From: Blastocatellia bacterium
GTDB taxonomy: Bacteria > Acidobacteriota > Blastocatellia > UBA7656
Assembly: GCA_963765495.1 (NCBI GenBank)
Contig: CAVXWP010000001.1
Location: 1,152,001-1,216,000, forward strand
Length of the DNA stretch: 64,000 bases
Reading direction: 5' to 3'
This document shows, in pieces, positions 17,731 through 29,755 of this stretch. The position numbers were made by a program, and so were the translations under genes. The notes beneath the pieces are model-generated. The model was given only the letters and a program-made list of their open reading frames with translations. It did not search any database and was not told the DNA's origin. Positions within the stretch are counted from its first letter, which is position 1. The number at the start of each line of letters is the position of its first letter.

Positions 17731-20163
17731 ATGGAAGCACTACTGAAAGACATTCGATATGGTTTTCGCATGTTGATGAAGCAGCCCGGATTCACGCTGA
17801 CCGCAATCATAGCCCTTGCTCTGGGCATAGGCGCAAACACGGCGATCTTCAGCGTGGTCAATGCCGTGTTGCTTCGCACTTTGCCGTACAAAGCTCCCGA
17901 CCAGCTGGTGATGGTCTGGCATACCTATCGAGACATAAATTTGCCGAAGGCTGCCGTTTCGGCCCCGTCTTTTGTCGAATACAGAGATCAAAATCATGTG
18001 TTTGAAACCCTCACGGCCATGACCGGCTGGAGCGTAAACCTCACGGGAAGAGGAGAGCCCGAGCGTGTTCGGGGAGGGGTTGTTTCGGCAAGCTATTTTT
18101 CCACTTTCGGAGTCGAACCGGCGCTTGGGCACGCTTTCAGACCCGAAGAGGATCAGCCGGGCAATAACCGCGTCGTGGTCTTGAGCAACGGATACTGGAA
18201 GCGGCGTTTTGCCGCCGATCCCGACATAATCGGACAGACACTCACGCTCGACGGCAACAGCTACACGGTCATAGGCGTGATGCCCGCGAGTTTTGAGGCG
18301 TTGCGGGAAACCGATCTCTGGTCGCCCATAGCTTTCACGCCCGAGCAATTGTCGCCGGATAATCGCAGAGAATACCTGGGCGTGCTTGCGCGATTGAAAC
18401 CCGGCGTCACGCTCCCGCAAGCTCAGGCAGAGATGAACACAATAGCCGACCGTTTGCGCGATCAATTCTACGGTCCCGGCTGGAGCATTACGCTCACATC
18501 TTTACACGAAGAGATGGTCGGAGACATACGGCCTTCGCTTCTCATACTGCTTGGCGCTGTAGGGTTCGTGTTGTTGATAGCCTGTGCCAACGTGGCCAAT
18601 TTGCTGTTGACGCGGGCGGCGGCGCGGCAAAAAGAGATCGCCCTGCGCACCGCGCTCGGGGCTACTCGAATGCGGGTGATGCGGCAGTTGCTGACCGAAA
18701 GCGTACTGCTTGCGACGGTCGGGGGCGTTACGGGTCTCGTGCTGGCATTCATCGGAGTCAAGCTTCTGGTGGCGGGTGTTCCTACCGATCTCGCCAACTC
18801 CATCCCCGGCTGGAAAGCGATAGGGCTTGACGGGCGGGTGCTGATTTTCACATTTGGTATCGCGGTGCTTACAGGGATTTTCTTTGGTCTGATTCCTGCT
18901 ATTCAGGCCTCGAAACCTGATCTGAACGAAACGCTCAAGGAAGGCGGCAGAAACCCGTCCGCCGGATTTCACTGGTACAGCCTCCGCAGCCTGCTTGTGA
19001 TATTCGAAGTAGCAATCGCGCTTGTTCTTTTGATAGGAGCGGGATTGCTGATCAGAAGTTTCATGCGACTTCAAGAGGTCAACCCCGGTTTCAGCCCGCA
19101 AAACGCCGTGGACATGCAGCTATCGCTTCCGCCAACGAAGTACAAAGAGCCTGAAAAACGGGCGCAATTCTTTCAGCAATTGATGGAGAAAGTAAAGACG
19201 CTGCCCGGCATAGAGGCCGTGGGCGCAGTATCGAACCTGCCGATGAGCGGGAACAATTCCACCGCCTCTTTCACTGTCGAAGGGCTCACACGCGCCGAAG
19301 GCGAGCCGAGCCCTCACGGCGCGCCGCGAATGATAACTCCGAGTTACTTCCGGGCTATGGGTATACCTCTAATCAAGGGCCGGGAATTCACCGATCAGGA
19401 TAACGACAAGTCTACGATGGTTGCCATCGTGGATGAAGATACGGCCAATCAATTCTGGCCCGGCCAGGACCCGATTGGAAAGCGTGTGGCCTTCTATTTC
19501 GAGGGCACTGACACAGAGCTTTTCTGGCGCGAAATAGTCGGCGTAGTCGGCAATGTAAAGCATTACGGGCTGGACGGGCAGGCAAAGATGCACATTTACA
19601 TGCCGAACCTTCAACGCCCGCAAGCTAATATGGACCTCGTGGCGCGGACGACCACCGATCCGGCGAGCATGGTGTCGGCAATCAGAAATCAGATACTCGC
19701 GGTGGACAGCGATCAGCCCGTTTTTGGGGTAAAAACACTTGAACAGGTGGTTTCCGACTCCGTAGCGCCCCGGCGGCTGTCGATGATACTGCTTGCCATC
19801 TTTGCGGCTGTGGCAATAATCTTAGCCGGCGTAGGAATATACGGCGTTATGTCATACGCGGTCACGCAACGAACGCACGAGATCGGCATAAGAATGGCTC
19901 TGGGGGCTCAAAGGCGCGATGTGATGCGGCTTGTCGTAGGGCACGGGCTGGGGCTGGCCCTGGCCGGCGTGGCACTCGGCCTTGCAGGAGGGTTTGCCAT
20001 TACCCGCGTCATGTCGAGCCTGCTGTTCGGCGTAGGAGCAACCGACCCTCTGACCTTTGCACTGATACCTCCGGCCCTCATAGTCGTGGCGCTTGTGGCC
20101 TGTTACATCCCGGCGCGTAAGGCTATGAAAGTAGACCCGATGATCGCGCTCAGATACGAATAG
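17731..20163 (+). CDS. Duplicated MacB/FtsX ABC permease (ADOP type)
   Basis: MEALLKDIRYG, same signature motifs, DPMIALRYE; RBS AAGGAG. Confidence 0.93.
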   Translation: MEALLKDIRYGFRMLMKQPGFTLTAIIALALGIGANTAIFSVVNAVLLRTLPYKAPDQLVMVWHTYRDINLPKAAVSAPSFVEYRDQNHVFETLTAMTGWSVNLTGRGEPERVRGGVVSASYFSTFGVEPALGHAFRPEEDQPGNNRVVVLSNGYWKRRFAADPDIIGQTLTLDGNSYTVIGVMPASFEALRETDLWSPIAFTPEQLSPDNRREYLGVLARLKPGVTLPQAQAEMNTIADRLRDQFYGPGWSITLTSLHEEMVGDIRPSLLILLGAVGFVLLIACANVANLLLTRAAARQKEIALRTALGATRMRVMRQLLTESVLLATVGGVTGLVLAFIGVKLLVAGVPTDLANSIPGWKAIGLDGRVLIFTFGIAVLTGIFFGLIPAIQASKPDLNETLKEGGRNPSAGFHWYSLRSLLVIFEVAIALVLLIGAGLLIRSFMRLQEVNPGFSPQNAVDMQLSLPPTKYKEPEKRAQFFQQLMEKVKTLPGIEAVGAVSNLPMSGNNSTASFTVEGLTRAEGEPSPHGAPRMITPSYFRAMGIPLIKGREFTDQDNDKSTMVAIVDEDTANQFWPGQDPIGKRVAFYFEGTDTELFWREIVGVVGNVKHYGLDGQAKMHIYMPNLQRPQANMDLVARTTTDPASMVSAIRNQILAVDSDQPVFGVKTLEQVVSDSVAPRRLSMILLAIFAAVAIILAGVGIYGVMSYAVTQRTHEIGIRMALGAQRRDVMRLVVGHGLGLALAGVALGLAGGFAITRVMSSLLFGVGATDPLTFALIPPALIVVALVACYIPARKAMKVDPMIALRYE

Positions 20164-20190
20164 TGAAGCGTTCACGTGAACGCTTCACTA
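20161..20190. repeat. Perfect 30-bp palindrome (REP-like or terminator)
   Basis: TAGTGAAGCGTTCACGTGAACGCTTCACTA is its own reverse complement. Confidence 0.8.
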
Positions 20191-20392
20191 CACAAATCGA
20201 TGGAACTTCGAGGCCGAAAGTTGCGTTAGGGTTGACGAAGTTATTTTGAAAGAGAAAGGCAATTGCATCTCTCTTTCACCTGTGAATTCGGTTAGACCCT
20301 CCTCATAAGGGTGCGTCAATAAACAGCGCACCCTTATTTTGTTCTTCATAATGCTGCTCGCCACTCGCCACCTGTAATTATATAATCGTCCT

Positions 20393-21328
20393 ATGACTAC
20401 AGCCTTGATTTACGATACCGCTTTTCTTAATCACGAGACGGGCCATCATCCTGAAAACGCGGGCAGATTGAAAGCGATAGTTTCGGCGCTCGAAGCCGAC
20501 GAAGAATTGATGTCGCGGGTGAACAGGGTTTCGCCACTTGCCGCAACCGTCGAAGACATCGAGCGGTGTCACAGTGCGCGGCTCGTCGAGCACATAGAGA
20601 GTCTTTGCGAAAGAGGCGTGCCTTATATCGATCTCGATACCGTCATCTGCCCGAACTCTTTCGAGGTTGCGCGGCTCGCGGCGGGCGCAGCCGTAACGGC
20701 GGTTGATCTGGTATTTGAGGGGCGGGCTGATAATGCCTTCGCATACGTGCGACCGCCCGGACATCACGCCACATCGAATCGGGCTATGGGCTTTTGCCTC
20801 TTTAACAATGCCGCGATAGGTGCCAGGTACGCGCAGGCAAAGTACGGGGCCGAGCGCGTGCTGATAATAGACTGGGACGTTCATCACGGCAACGGCACCC
20901 AGGATATTTTTTATGATGACCCGAGCGTCTTTTACTTCTCATCGCACCAATTTCCTTACTATCCCGGAACAGGAGCGGCGAACGAAAGAGGCGCAGGCAC
21001 GGGCGAAGGCTACACATTGAATATGCCGCTTCCTGCCCGAACCTCGGCCCGCTCGCATCGGGAAGGATTTGCCGACGCGCTCAGGATGATCGAAGCGAAG
21101 TTCCCACCCGATCTTATCATTATCTCGGCGGGGTTCGATTCTCGGCTCGGAGACCCGCTTGGCGATCTTATGCTCGAAGACGATGACTTTCGCGAAATGA
21201 CAAAGCAAGTGATGGATATGGCCGAACGTCACGCAACGGGCCGAATAGTGTCGGTTCTCGAAGGCGGCTACAACCTGCAAACCATAGGCGAAACCGTCAG
21301 AACGCACGTCACCGCCCTCTCGATATAG
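20393..21328 (+). CDS. Histone deacetylase family protein
   Basis: RPPGHHA, GFCLFNN, DWDVHHGNGTQ, SAGFD, LEGGY. Confidence 0.95.
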   Translation: MTTALIYDTAFLNHETGHHPENAGRLKAIVSALEADEELMSRVNRVSPLAATVEDIERCHSARLVEHIESLCERGVPYIDLDTVICPNSFEVARLAAGAAVTAVDLVFEGRADNAFAYVRPPGHHATSNRAMGFCLFNNAAIGARYAQAKYGAERVLIIDWDVHHGNGTQDIFYDDPSVFYFSSHQFPYYPGTGAANERGAGTGEGYTLNMPLPARTSARSHREGFADALRMIEAKFPPDLIIISAGFDSRLGDPLGDLMLEDDDFREMTKQVMDMAERHATGRIVSVLEGGYNLQTIGETVRTHVTALSI

Positions 21329-21332
21329 GTTT

Positions 21333-21409
21333 TAGACAGGATTTACAGGATTAGATTGGATTTGACAAGATTCCTGCTCAATCTTTTTTAACCCTGTAAA
21401 TCTTGTCTA
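21333..21409. repeat. 9-mer (GACAGGATT)-armed palindromic element between convergent genes
   Basis: TAGACAGGATTTACAGGATT...CCCTGTAAATCTTGTCTA; homologous to 59806-59895. Confidence 0.8.
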
Positions 21410-22335
21410 TACCACTCGACCGTGCGCTTTAAACCTTCGTCAAAATCCACCTTTATCTGATAATCGAAGGCCGCCTCGGCCGCCTCAATAGCGGCCTGCG
21501 AATCGCGCACATCACCTGCGCGCGCGGGTTCGTGTACGGGCTCGATGTCTGACCCGAGTATCTCTTTGATCTTGCCGAGCAGATCGAGCAGCGTATAGCG
21601 CCCGCCGCAGGCGACGTTGAATGCCCGCCCGCCCGCGGCTTCGGACCGGGCGGCGAGGAGATTGGCTTCGACTACGTTTTCGACGTAAGTGAAATCGCGC
21701 GACTGAAGACCGTCTCCGAAAATTATCGGGCGGTTGCCTGTGAGCAGGGCGGTCACGAATTTTGGTATCACCGCCGCGTACTGAGATTCGGGGTCCTGGC
21801 GCGGGCCGAATATGTTGAAGTACCGCAGAGCTACGGCTTCGAATCCGTAAACCTTTTTGAAGATGCTGATGTAATGCTCGCCCGCGAGCTTCGAAAGTGC
21901 ATACGGAGAGAGAGGTTGCGGCGTCATCGCCTCGCGTTTTGGCAGCTCTTCCGTCTCGCCGTATACGGACGAACTCGATGCATAGACCACGCGGCGCACC
22001 CCGGCATCTCGCGCCGCAAGAAGCACGTTGAGCGTGCCTGTTATGTTCACTTCGTGCGTTGTTACGGGGTCGGCCACCGAGCGGGGAACCGAGCCCAGCG
22101 CGGCCTCGTGAAAGACTACATCGGCGCCCGCGACCGCTTCGTCAACGGTCTTGCGGTCGCGGATGTCTCCGCGAATCACTTCAATATCACCGCCGAGCGC
22201 GTTTAGATTCTCTTCCTTGCCGGAGATGAAATTATCGAGCACACGCACGCTCTGGCCGTCGTTCAAGAGTCGCTCGCAGATATGACTGCCTATAAAGCCC
22301 GCCCCGCCTGTCACCAGATAAAGTTGTTTTCCCAT
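21388..22335 (-). CDS. NAD-dependent epimerase/dehydratase (extended SDR, UDP-GlcNAc 4-epimerase-like)
   Basis: TGGAGFIG, ASSSSVYG, SPYALSK, LRYFNIFGPRQDP. Confidence 0.92.
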   Translation of the reverse strand: MGKQLYLVTGGAGFIGSHICERLLNDGQSVRVLDNFISGKEENLNALGGDIEVIRGDIRDRKTVDEAVAGADVVFHEAALGSVPRSVADPVTTHEVNITGTLNVLLAARDAGVRRVVYASSSSVYGETEELPKREAMTPQPLSPYALSKLAGEHYISIFKKVYGFEAVALRYFNIFGPRQDPESQYAAVIPKFVTALLTGNRPIIFGDGLQSRDFTYVENVVEANLLAARSEAAGGRAFNVACGGRYTLLDLLGKIKEILGSDIEPVHEPARAGDVRDSQAAIEAAEAAFDYQIKVDFDEGLKRTVEWYRQDLQG

Positions 22336-22342
22336 TGTTCCC

Positions 22343-24073
22343 CTATTTCTGTATTAAGAAATTTCCGATAGCCAGACAATCGATGCCTGAGCAGTAAAGG
22401 CCGCGCACCGCTTCGCGAGGAGTGGCGACGACCGGCTCTCCGAAGAGATTGAATGATGTATTCAGCAATACGGGCACGCCTGACGCTTCGCCGAATTTCA
22501 TGAGCAGTTTCCAGAAGGCCCGATTGGTCTTGCGATCTACGCTGTGGACGCGCACGAGGCCGTCTCCGAATACGGCGGCCGGAATCAATGCCTCTTTATC
22601 CGGCTTGATGCGGCTTACGCCCTGAAGGAAATCGGTCAGCGTACTGGGCGTGAAAAATTCTTCGGCTCGTTCTGAGGGTACAGCGGCTGAAAAGGGGCGA
22701 AAGCCCTCTCTGTGCTTGATGAAAGTGTTCAGGTTGTCGCGCATCAGTTCGTCCACGGGCGAGGCAAGAATAGAGCGCGCGCCGAGCGTGCGCGGGCCAA
22801 ATTCCATAGCGCCCTGAAACCAGCCTGCGATCTTTCCCTGCGCAAGAGCGCGCGCCACATCGGCTATGATCTTGTCTTCCGTCAGAAAGTATTCATAGCT
22901 GATCTTGCAATTATCGAGAACGCTTTTGATCTCTTCCTCATTGAACTGCGGGCCTAAAAAAGCGTGGTCCATTTTATAGACACGCTCCGGGTTTCCAAGT
23001 ATTTGATGCCAGACGTAGAGCGCCGCGCCTATAGAGCAGCCTGCGTTGCCCGCCGCCGGTTGCACAAAGATTTGCCTGAACCCTGCGCGACGTTCGATGG
23101 CCGAATTGGCCAGGCTGTTGAGCGCAAGCCCTCCGGCAAGACAGAGATTTTCTTCGCCCGTGCGTTTGCGGTGGCAGATTGAAATCTCGCATAAAACATC
23201 CTCGATGCGCGATTGCAAACTGCAAGCGAGATTGCGGTGTTTTTGCGTCAGGGGTTCATCTTTTGCTCGCGCCTTCAAACCTGCGGTCTCAAGAAATTTT
23301 TCGGAAAGCGACGGCGCGCCTCTGGTGGTTATGTCGAAGTAATCGAGATTAACCTGCGGCAGCCCGGCGGCGTTCACCTGTAACAGGTCGCTGAATAAAT
23401 CGGCAAATTCCGCCTTACCCGTGGGCGAAAGCCACATGGTTTTATGCCAGTCGCCGTATGCGTCGAAACCGAGCCAGGCCGTGACCGCGCTATAGACCAT
23501 GCCAGGCGAATTTGGAAATATCGCCTCCCTGTCGAGGGTCAACCGATTGCCTTCGCCCCGCATCAGGGCCGTTGAACTCATATCGCCGCGATTATCAGCG
23601 GCAATGACGGCCGCTCGCTCAAAACCCGAAGCGTAAAAGGTGCTCGCTCCATGAGCCAGATGATGGTTGACCGTCAGAAATTGCCCTCCGGCAGACAAAC
23701 GCGATTCGGCGAGGCTTCTGGTTCTGAGCCGTTGTTTCAATTCGTTGAGGCTTTCGACAAAATAGCTGGGAAACTCTTCGAGAGGCGGAAGATCAGTCGT
23801 GTTGACGGCGTGCTGTGAGTGAAAGGCTATCTCGCGGTGAAAGAGCTTGTGCGGTTCCAGATAATAGGCTACGTAATCGACCTTATCGAAGGTAATCCCC
23901 GCCCGATCGAGGCAAAACTCAATGGCGCGAAAAGGCAATCCCCCGGCATAGTTCATTCCTATATGGCGAATACGCGAGAGTTTTTCTTCTTCGATAGCGG
24001 CTCGGACCCGCCCATCCACGACGATTGCAGCAGCCGCGTTTCTCTCCTGTCCGGAGATGCCAAGAATATTCAT
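22343..24073 (-). CDS. NodU/CmcH family carbamoyltransferase-like protein (degenerate motifs)
   Basis: EEEKLSR, HHLAH, AGGLALN, EFGPR.LG.RSIL, LLNTSFN. Confidence 0.85.
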   Translation of the reverse strand: MNILGISGQERNAAAAIVVDGRVRAAIEEEKLSRIRHIGMNYAGGLPFRAIEFCLDRAGITFDKVDYVAYYLEPHKLFHREIAFHSQHAVNTTDLPPLEEFPSYFVESLNELKQRLRTRSLAESRLSAGGQFLTVNHHLAHGASTFYASGFERAAVIAADNRGDMSSTALMRGEGNRLTLDREAIFPNSPGMVYSAVTAWLGFDAYGDWHKTMWLSPTGKAEFADLFSDLLQVNAAGLPQVNLDYFDITTRGAPSLSEKFLETAGLKARAKDEPLTQKHRNLACSLQSRIEDVLCEISICHRKRTGEENLCLAGGLALNSLANSAIERRAGFRQIFVQPAAGNAGCSIGAALYVWHQILGNPERVYKMDHAFLGPQFNEEEIKSVLDNCKISYEYFLTEDKIIADVARALAQGKIAGWFQGAMEFGPRTLGARSILASPVDELMRDNLNTFIKHREGFRPFSAAVPSERAEEFFTPSTLTDFLQGVSRIKPDKEALIPAAVFGDGLVRVHSVDRKTNRAFWKLLMKFGEASGVPVLLNTSFNLFGEPVVATPREAVRGLYCSGIDCLAIGNFLIQK

Positions 24074-24143
24074 GTGAGAATCCGTTCCCTGTCCGTTCCG
24101 AATAAAGCCGAACGCATATCAATAACATTCGGGAGCGGTGTTT

Positions 24144-25028
24144 TCAAGCAAGCTCGCTCGACTTGAGCCCTGCCTTGAGCGCCACGGCGAGCAGGAGCAA
24201 AACCGCGCCCGTCAGGATCATTGAGAGGGCCGAGCCAAAAGGCTGGTTCAATTGCGAGAATTGATTTTGTATTAGGTTGCCGATCATCACGGATTTTGCG
24301 CCGCCTAATAAATCGGGCGTGATGAAGGCTCCAAGCGACGGGATGAATACGAGCACGACTCCGGCAATAAGGCCGGGACGCGAGAGCGGCAATGTGACTT
24401 TCGCAAAGGTCCAGAAGGGATTGGCCCCCAGGTCCTGAGCCGCTTCAAGCAAACGGGTGTCGAGCCGTTCCAGCGCGACATAAACGGGTAAAATCATGAA
24501 GGGCAACTCGCCGTATACCTGTCCTAAGAGGACCGCGAAATCCGTATAAAGCAGCTTGAGCGGCTCATGTATCAATCCTGAATGCAGGAGAATCGAATTT
24601 ATTACGCCTTCGCTGCGAAGCAGCAATATCCACGCATAGGTCCTTATCAAAAAACTTGTCCAGAAGGGAATTACCGTCAGCACCAGGAGCATGCGCCTCC
24701 ATTTGACGGGCGCTCTCAAGGCTATGTAGTAAGCTGCCGGAAAGCTGACTATGACACAGAGCATGGTCGTGAGCGTTGCTATCCATATCGTGCGCCAGTA
24801 AGCCGCGAGGTAAAGCGGGTCTATCGAGCGCAGATAATTGACCGGGCTGAAATCATATATGATCCTGCCGTAGGGGCCGCGCACGGCAAAGCTCACGACG
24901 ATGATTACGATGAGCGGTCCAACGACAAAAGCGAGCAGCCAGACAAGCGCCGGCGCAAGCAACAGCCTTGCCGGTCTGTTGTTCTTTTCACCTGCGCGCA
25001 ACTTTACCTCTTTTTTACCTGTAGCCAT
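24144..25028 (-). CDS. potB: Spermidine/putrescine ABC permease (PotB-like)
   Basis: PFWTSFLIRTYAW, LLEAAQDLGA, ITPDLLGG; start ATG 25028 or TTG 25043. Confidence 0.85.
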   Translation of the reverse strand: MATGKKEVKLRAGEKNNRPARLLLAPALVWLLAFVVGPLIVIIVVSFAVRGPYGRIIYDFSPVNYLRSIDPLYLAAYWRTIWIATLTTMLCVIVSFPAAYYIALRAPVKWRRMLLVLTVIPFWTSFLIRTYAWILLLRSEGVINSILLHSGLIHEPLKLLYTDFAVLLGQVYGELPFMILPVYVALERLDTRLLEAAQDLGANPFWTFAKVTLPLSRPGLIAGVVLVFIPSLGAFITPDLLGGAKSVMIGNLIQNQFSQLNQPFGSALSMILTGAVLLLLAVALKAGLKSSELA

Positions 25029-25039
25029 AACCTGCCGGA

Positions 25040-25417
25040 TCAATCAACATAGATGGCGATCACCGCGCGCTCTCTTTTTCTGAGCTTGCTGAAAAAGTCT
25101 CCCAGCCTTTTCATCAGGCCATATTTTTTATTGAGCAATCTGTGACCTCGCGCTGCGCCCTCCTCATCCTGAATGACGGTTCTTGCATCCACCCACTCGC
25201 CTTTCAGCTTTCCGCGAAAGTCACAGGGAGCTATGCGCGCGCGCGGGTTGTTGCGCAGGCGTTTTACTTTGCCCGCGTTGGCAAGCGAGTAGATGTAAAT
25301 CGCGCCATCGGTTTCGGCAAACCAGACGGGCGTTTGCACCGGGGCCCCGGTTTTTCTATAGGTTTCGAGGTTCAGGTATTGTTCATTCTTGAATTGAGCG
25401 AGCCTGTTATTGCTCAT
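25040..25417 (-). CDS. PPOX class (F420-dependent-like) oxidoreductase
   Basis: YLNLETYRKTG..VQTPVWF, GKVKRLRNNP..RIAPCDFRG. Confidence 0.85.
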   Translation of the reverse strand: MSNNRLAQFKNEQYLNLETYRKTGAPVQTPVWFAETDGAIYIYSLANAGKVKRLRNNPRARIAPCDFRGKLKGEWVDARTVIQDEEGAARGHRLLNKKYGLMKRLGDFFSKLRKRERAVIAIYVD

Positions 25418-26508
25418 AGGTTTTTCTCTTTCTGAGGGCGCAGCATCACGGCGCTTTGCGCCTCCCAACTGATTGTGACCGGCTGGCCGATCCTGTTTTG
25501 GGTCGAGCCGGAAGCTTCGCGGTTTTGCTCAAGGACGATTATCTCCTGCCCGCTTTCGATAACTATTCGCCACTGTGTGCTCTCGCCAAGATAGACGGCC
25601 GAGGCCACCCGTCCGCGCAGTAACCCACCCGAACCGTTTTGCGAAAGCGTGATCTTTTCCGGTCTGATCATAACGCGCACTCTGTCGCCGGGGTTGACCC
25701 CGTTGCTGAGAACTTCGATCTGCGCGTTGCCGAGACTTATGATCGAAATATGATCGCGCACATTTTCCACAGTGCCTTCTATGATGTTGGATACGCCTAT
25801 GAAATCGGCCACAAATTCGGTTTCGGGGCGTTCGTAAATCTCCTGCGCGCTCCCTATCTGCTCGATGTCTCCGGCGTTCATGACCGCCACGCGGTCGCTC
25901 ATCGTCAGCGCCTCTTCCTGATCGTGAGTCACATAGACAAAGCTGATGCCGAGCCGTCGCTGCAAGCTTTTCAATTCAAGCTGCATCTGTTTTCTGAGCT
26001 TGAAATCGAGAGCGGCGAGCGGTTCGTCAAGCAACAATACGCGAGGCTCAAGCACGAGCGCGCGAGCAAGAGCCACGCGCTGCTGCTGCCCGCCGGATAG
26101 CTCGGCAGGTCTTCTCTTTTCGAGCCCCGACAGGCGGACCATTTCAAGAGCCTTGACGACGCGCTTCTGTATTTCATTGCGCGCCACACGCCGCCGCTCC
26201 AATCCGAAGGCGCAATTATCGAATACGTCCATGTGAGGGAATAGCGCGTAGTGCTGAAACACCGTGGTGACATCGCGGCGGTAGGGTGGCACGTCCGTAA
26301 CATCGTGCCCGCCGAGTATTACGCGGCCTTCGTCGGGTATCTCAAAGCCCGCGATCATCCTGAGCAGCGTAGTCTTCCCGCAACCCGAGGGGCCCAACAG
26401 GGTCAGGAATTCAGCCCGACGCACGCCAAGCGATACTCGGTGAACCGCCGCGACATCGGTGAACTTCCTGGTGACGTTTACCAGTTCGACTTCTAAGGCA
26501 TCTTCCAT
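25414..26508 (-). CDS. potA: Polyamine ABC transporter ATP-binding protein (PotA-like)
   Basis: GPSGCGKTT, FQHYALFPHM, VTHDQEEAL, C-terminal TOBE. Confidence 0.88.
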   Translation of the reverse strand: MEDALEVELVNVTRKFTDVAAVHRVSLGVRRAEFLTLLGPSGCGKTTLLRMIAGFEIPDEGRVILGGHDVTDVPPYRRDVTTVFQHYALFPHMDVFDNCAFGLERRRVARNEIQKRVVKALEMVRLSGLEKRRPAELSGGQQQRVALARALVLEPRVLLLDEPLAALDFKLRKQMQLELKSLQRRLGISFVYVTHDQEEALTMSDRVAVMNAGDIEQIGSAQEIYERPETEFVADFIGVSNIIEGTVENVRDHISIISLGNAQIEVLSNGVNPGDRVRVMIRPEKITLSQNGSGGLLRGRVASAVYLGESTQWRIVIESGQEIIVLEQNREASGSTQNRIGQPVTISWEAQSAVMLRPQKEKNL

Positions 26509-26565
26509 CGCAACATACGATCTCCCGCCGTGGGTCTGAGATTTGAAATCTGAAATCTCAGATAG

Positions 26566-28854
<2,289 letters not shown>

Positions 28855-28867
<13 letters not shown>

Positions 28868-29394
28868 CCGCAATCTCTTGCGGCCTGCACGTGCCGATGG
28901 CGTGAATTTGTAGACGGCAGCCGCGCGCCGGAAAACAGATGAATGTATGCATATACCTGGCCTCTGTGATGAGAGGCGTGTGTCAAGGTATTGATCAAGA
29001 TTTCGCCGATGGTAGCCCCCGTAGCATTCGGAAAATATATCTTCTTGGGCAGGTCCTGGTCTGTCAGGCGAGCAAAGGCTACCCGTCGCGTGCGCGCCGT
29101 TTCTTCCAGATAATCGGCTATATGCAAGCGTGTGGGAAGGGCCTCGCGTGTTATCCACTCGAAAGGCTCTTCCCAGAAATTGCTCGTAATACCGTTGAAT
29201 GCGTATTCGATGCTGCCGCCTATGTGGCTGATAAGTTCTCCACACGAATAGATGTGAATGAAGTCGGCGCTCTCAAACGGCTTCCAGTAAAGCCGGTCTT
29301 CCGGGATCAGGGCGAGCGCCTCCAGGAGGTTGCTGTGTATAGTCTCTAATTCGGAGTTCAGGACTTCGACCGTCGCCAATTTTACCTCACTCAA
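28855..29394 (-). CDS. DinB family protein
   Basis: SCGELISHI...HASHHRGQ metal-binding His pattern. Confidence 0.8.
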
Positions 29395-29546
29395 GACTGA
29401 TCATCTGTCAAACTATCCGCTGTCAAGTCAAAAAGCAATTTTCTTACTGCGTAACACCAGTGAATAATATGCAGGCGGAAAAAATCTTTTGCAAATTTTT
29501 TACATCAAAGTGCCGTCTAAATGCGTCTAAGGTTATGAGGGACAAA

Positions 29547-29735
29547 ATGAAGATACTGGCATTTTTCAGAAACCACGCTCACTACTGGGGTATTCCCCAT
29601 CCTCGCAACACTGACGACCGTCTGGTTCAGACCTGCTACGAATGCGGAGCGGAGCGAGAAGTAAAAATCGAACTGCGCCCGTCGCCCGTGGATGGCGTCA
29701 TTATGCCTGCCCCGGGCGATCCGATGGCAGCCTGA
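29547..29735 (+). CDS. Small hypothetical protein (HxH...CxxC, possible Zn ribbon)
   Basis: GAGG RBS, ATG 29547, HAHYWG...QTCYECGAER; fills an intergenic gap. Confidence 0.6.
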   Translation: MKILAFFRNHAHYWGIPHPRNTDDRLVQTCYECGAEREVKIELRPSPVDGVIMPAPGDPMAA

Positions 29736-29755
29736 TATATTCAATCGACAGCAAA

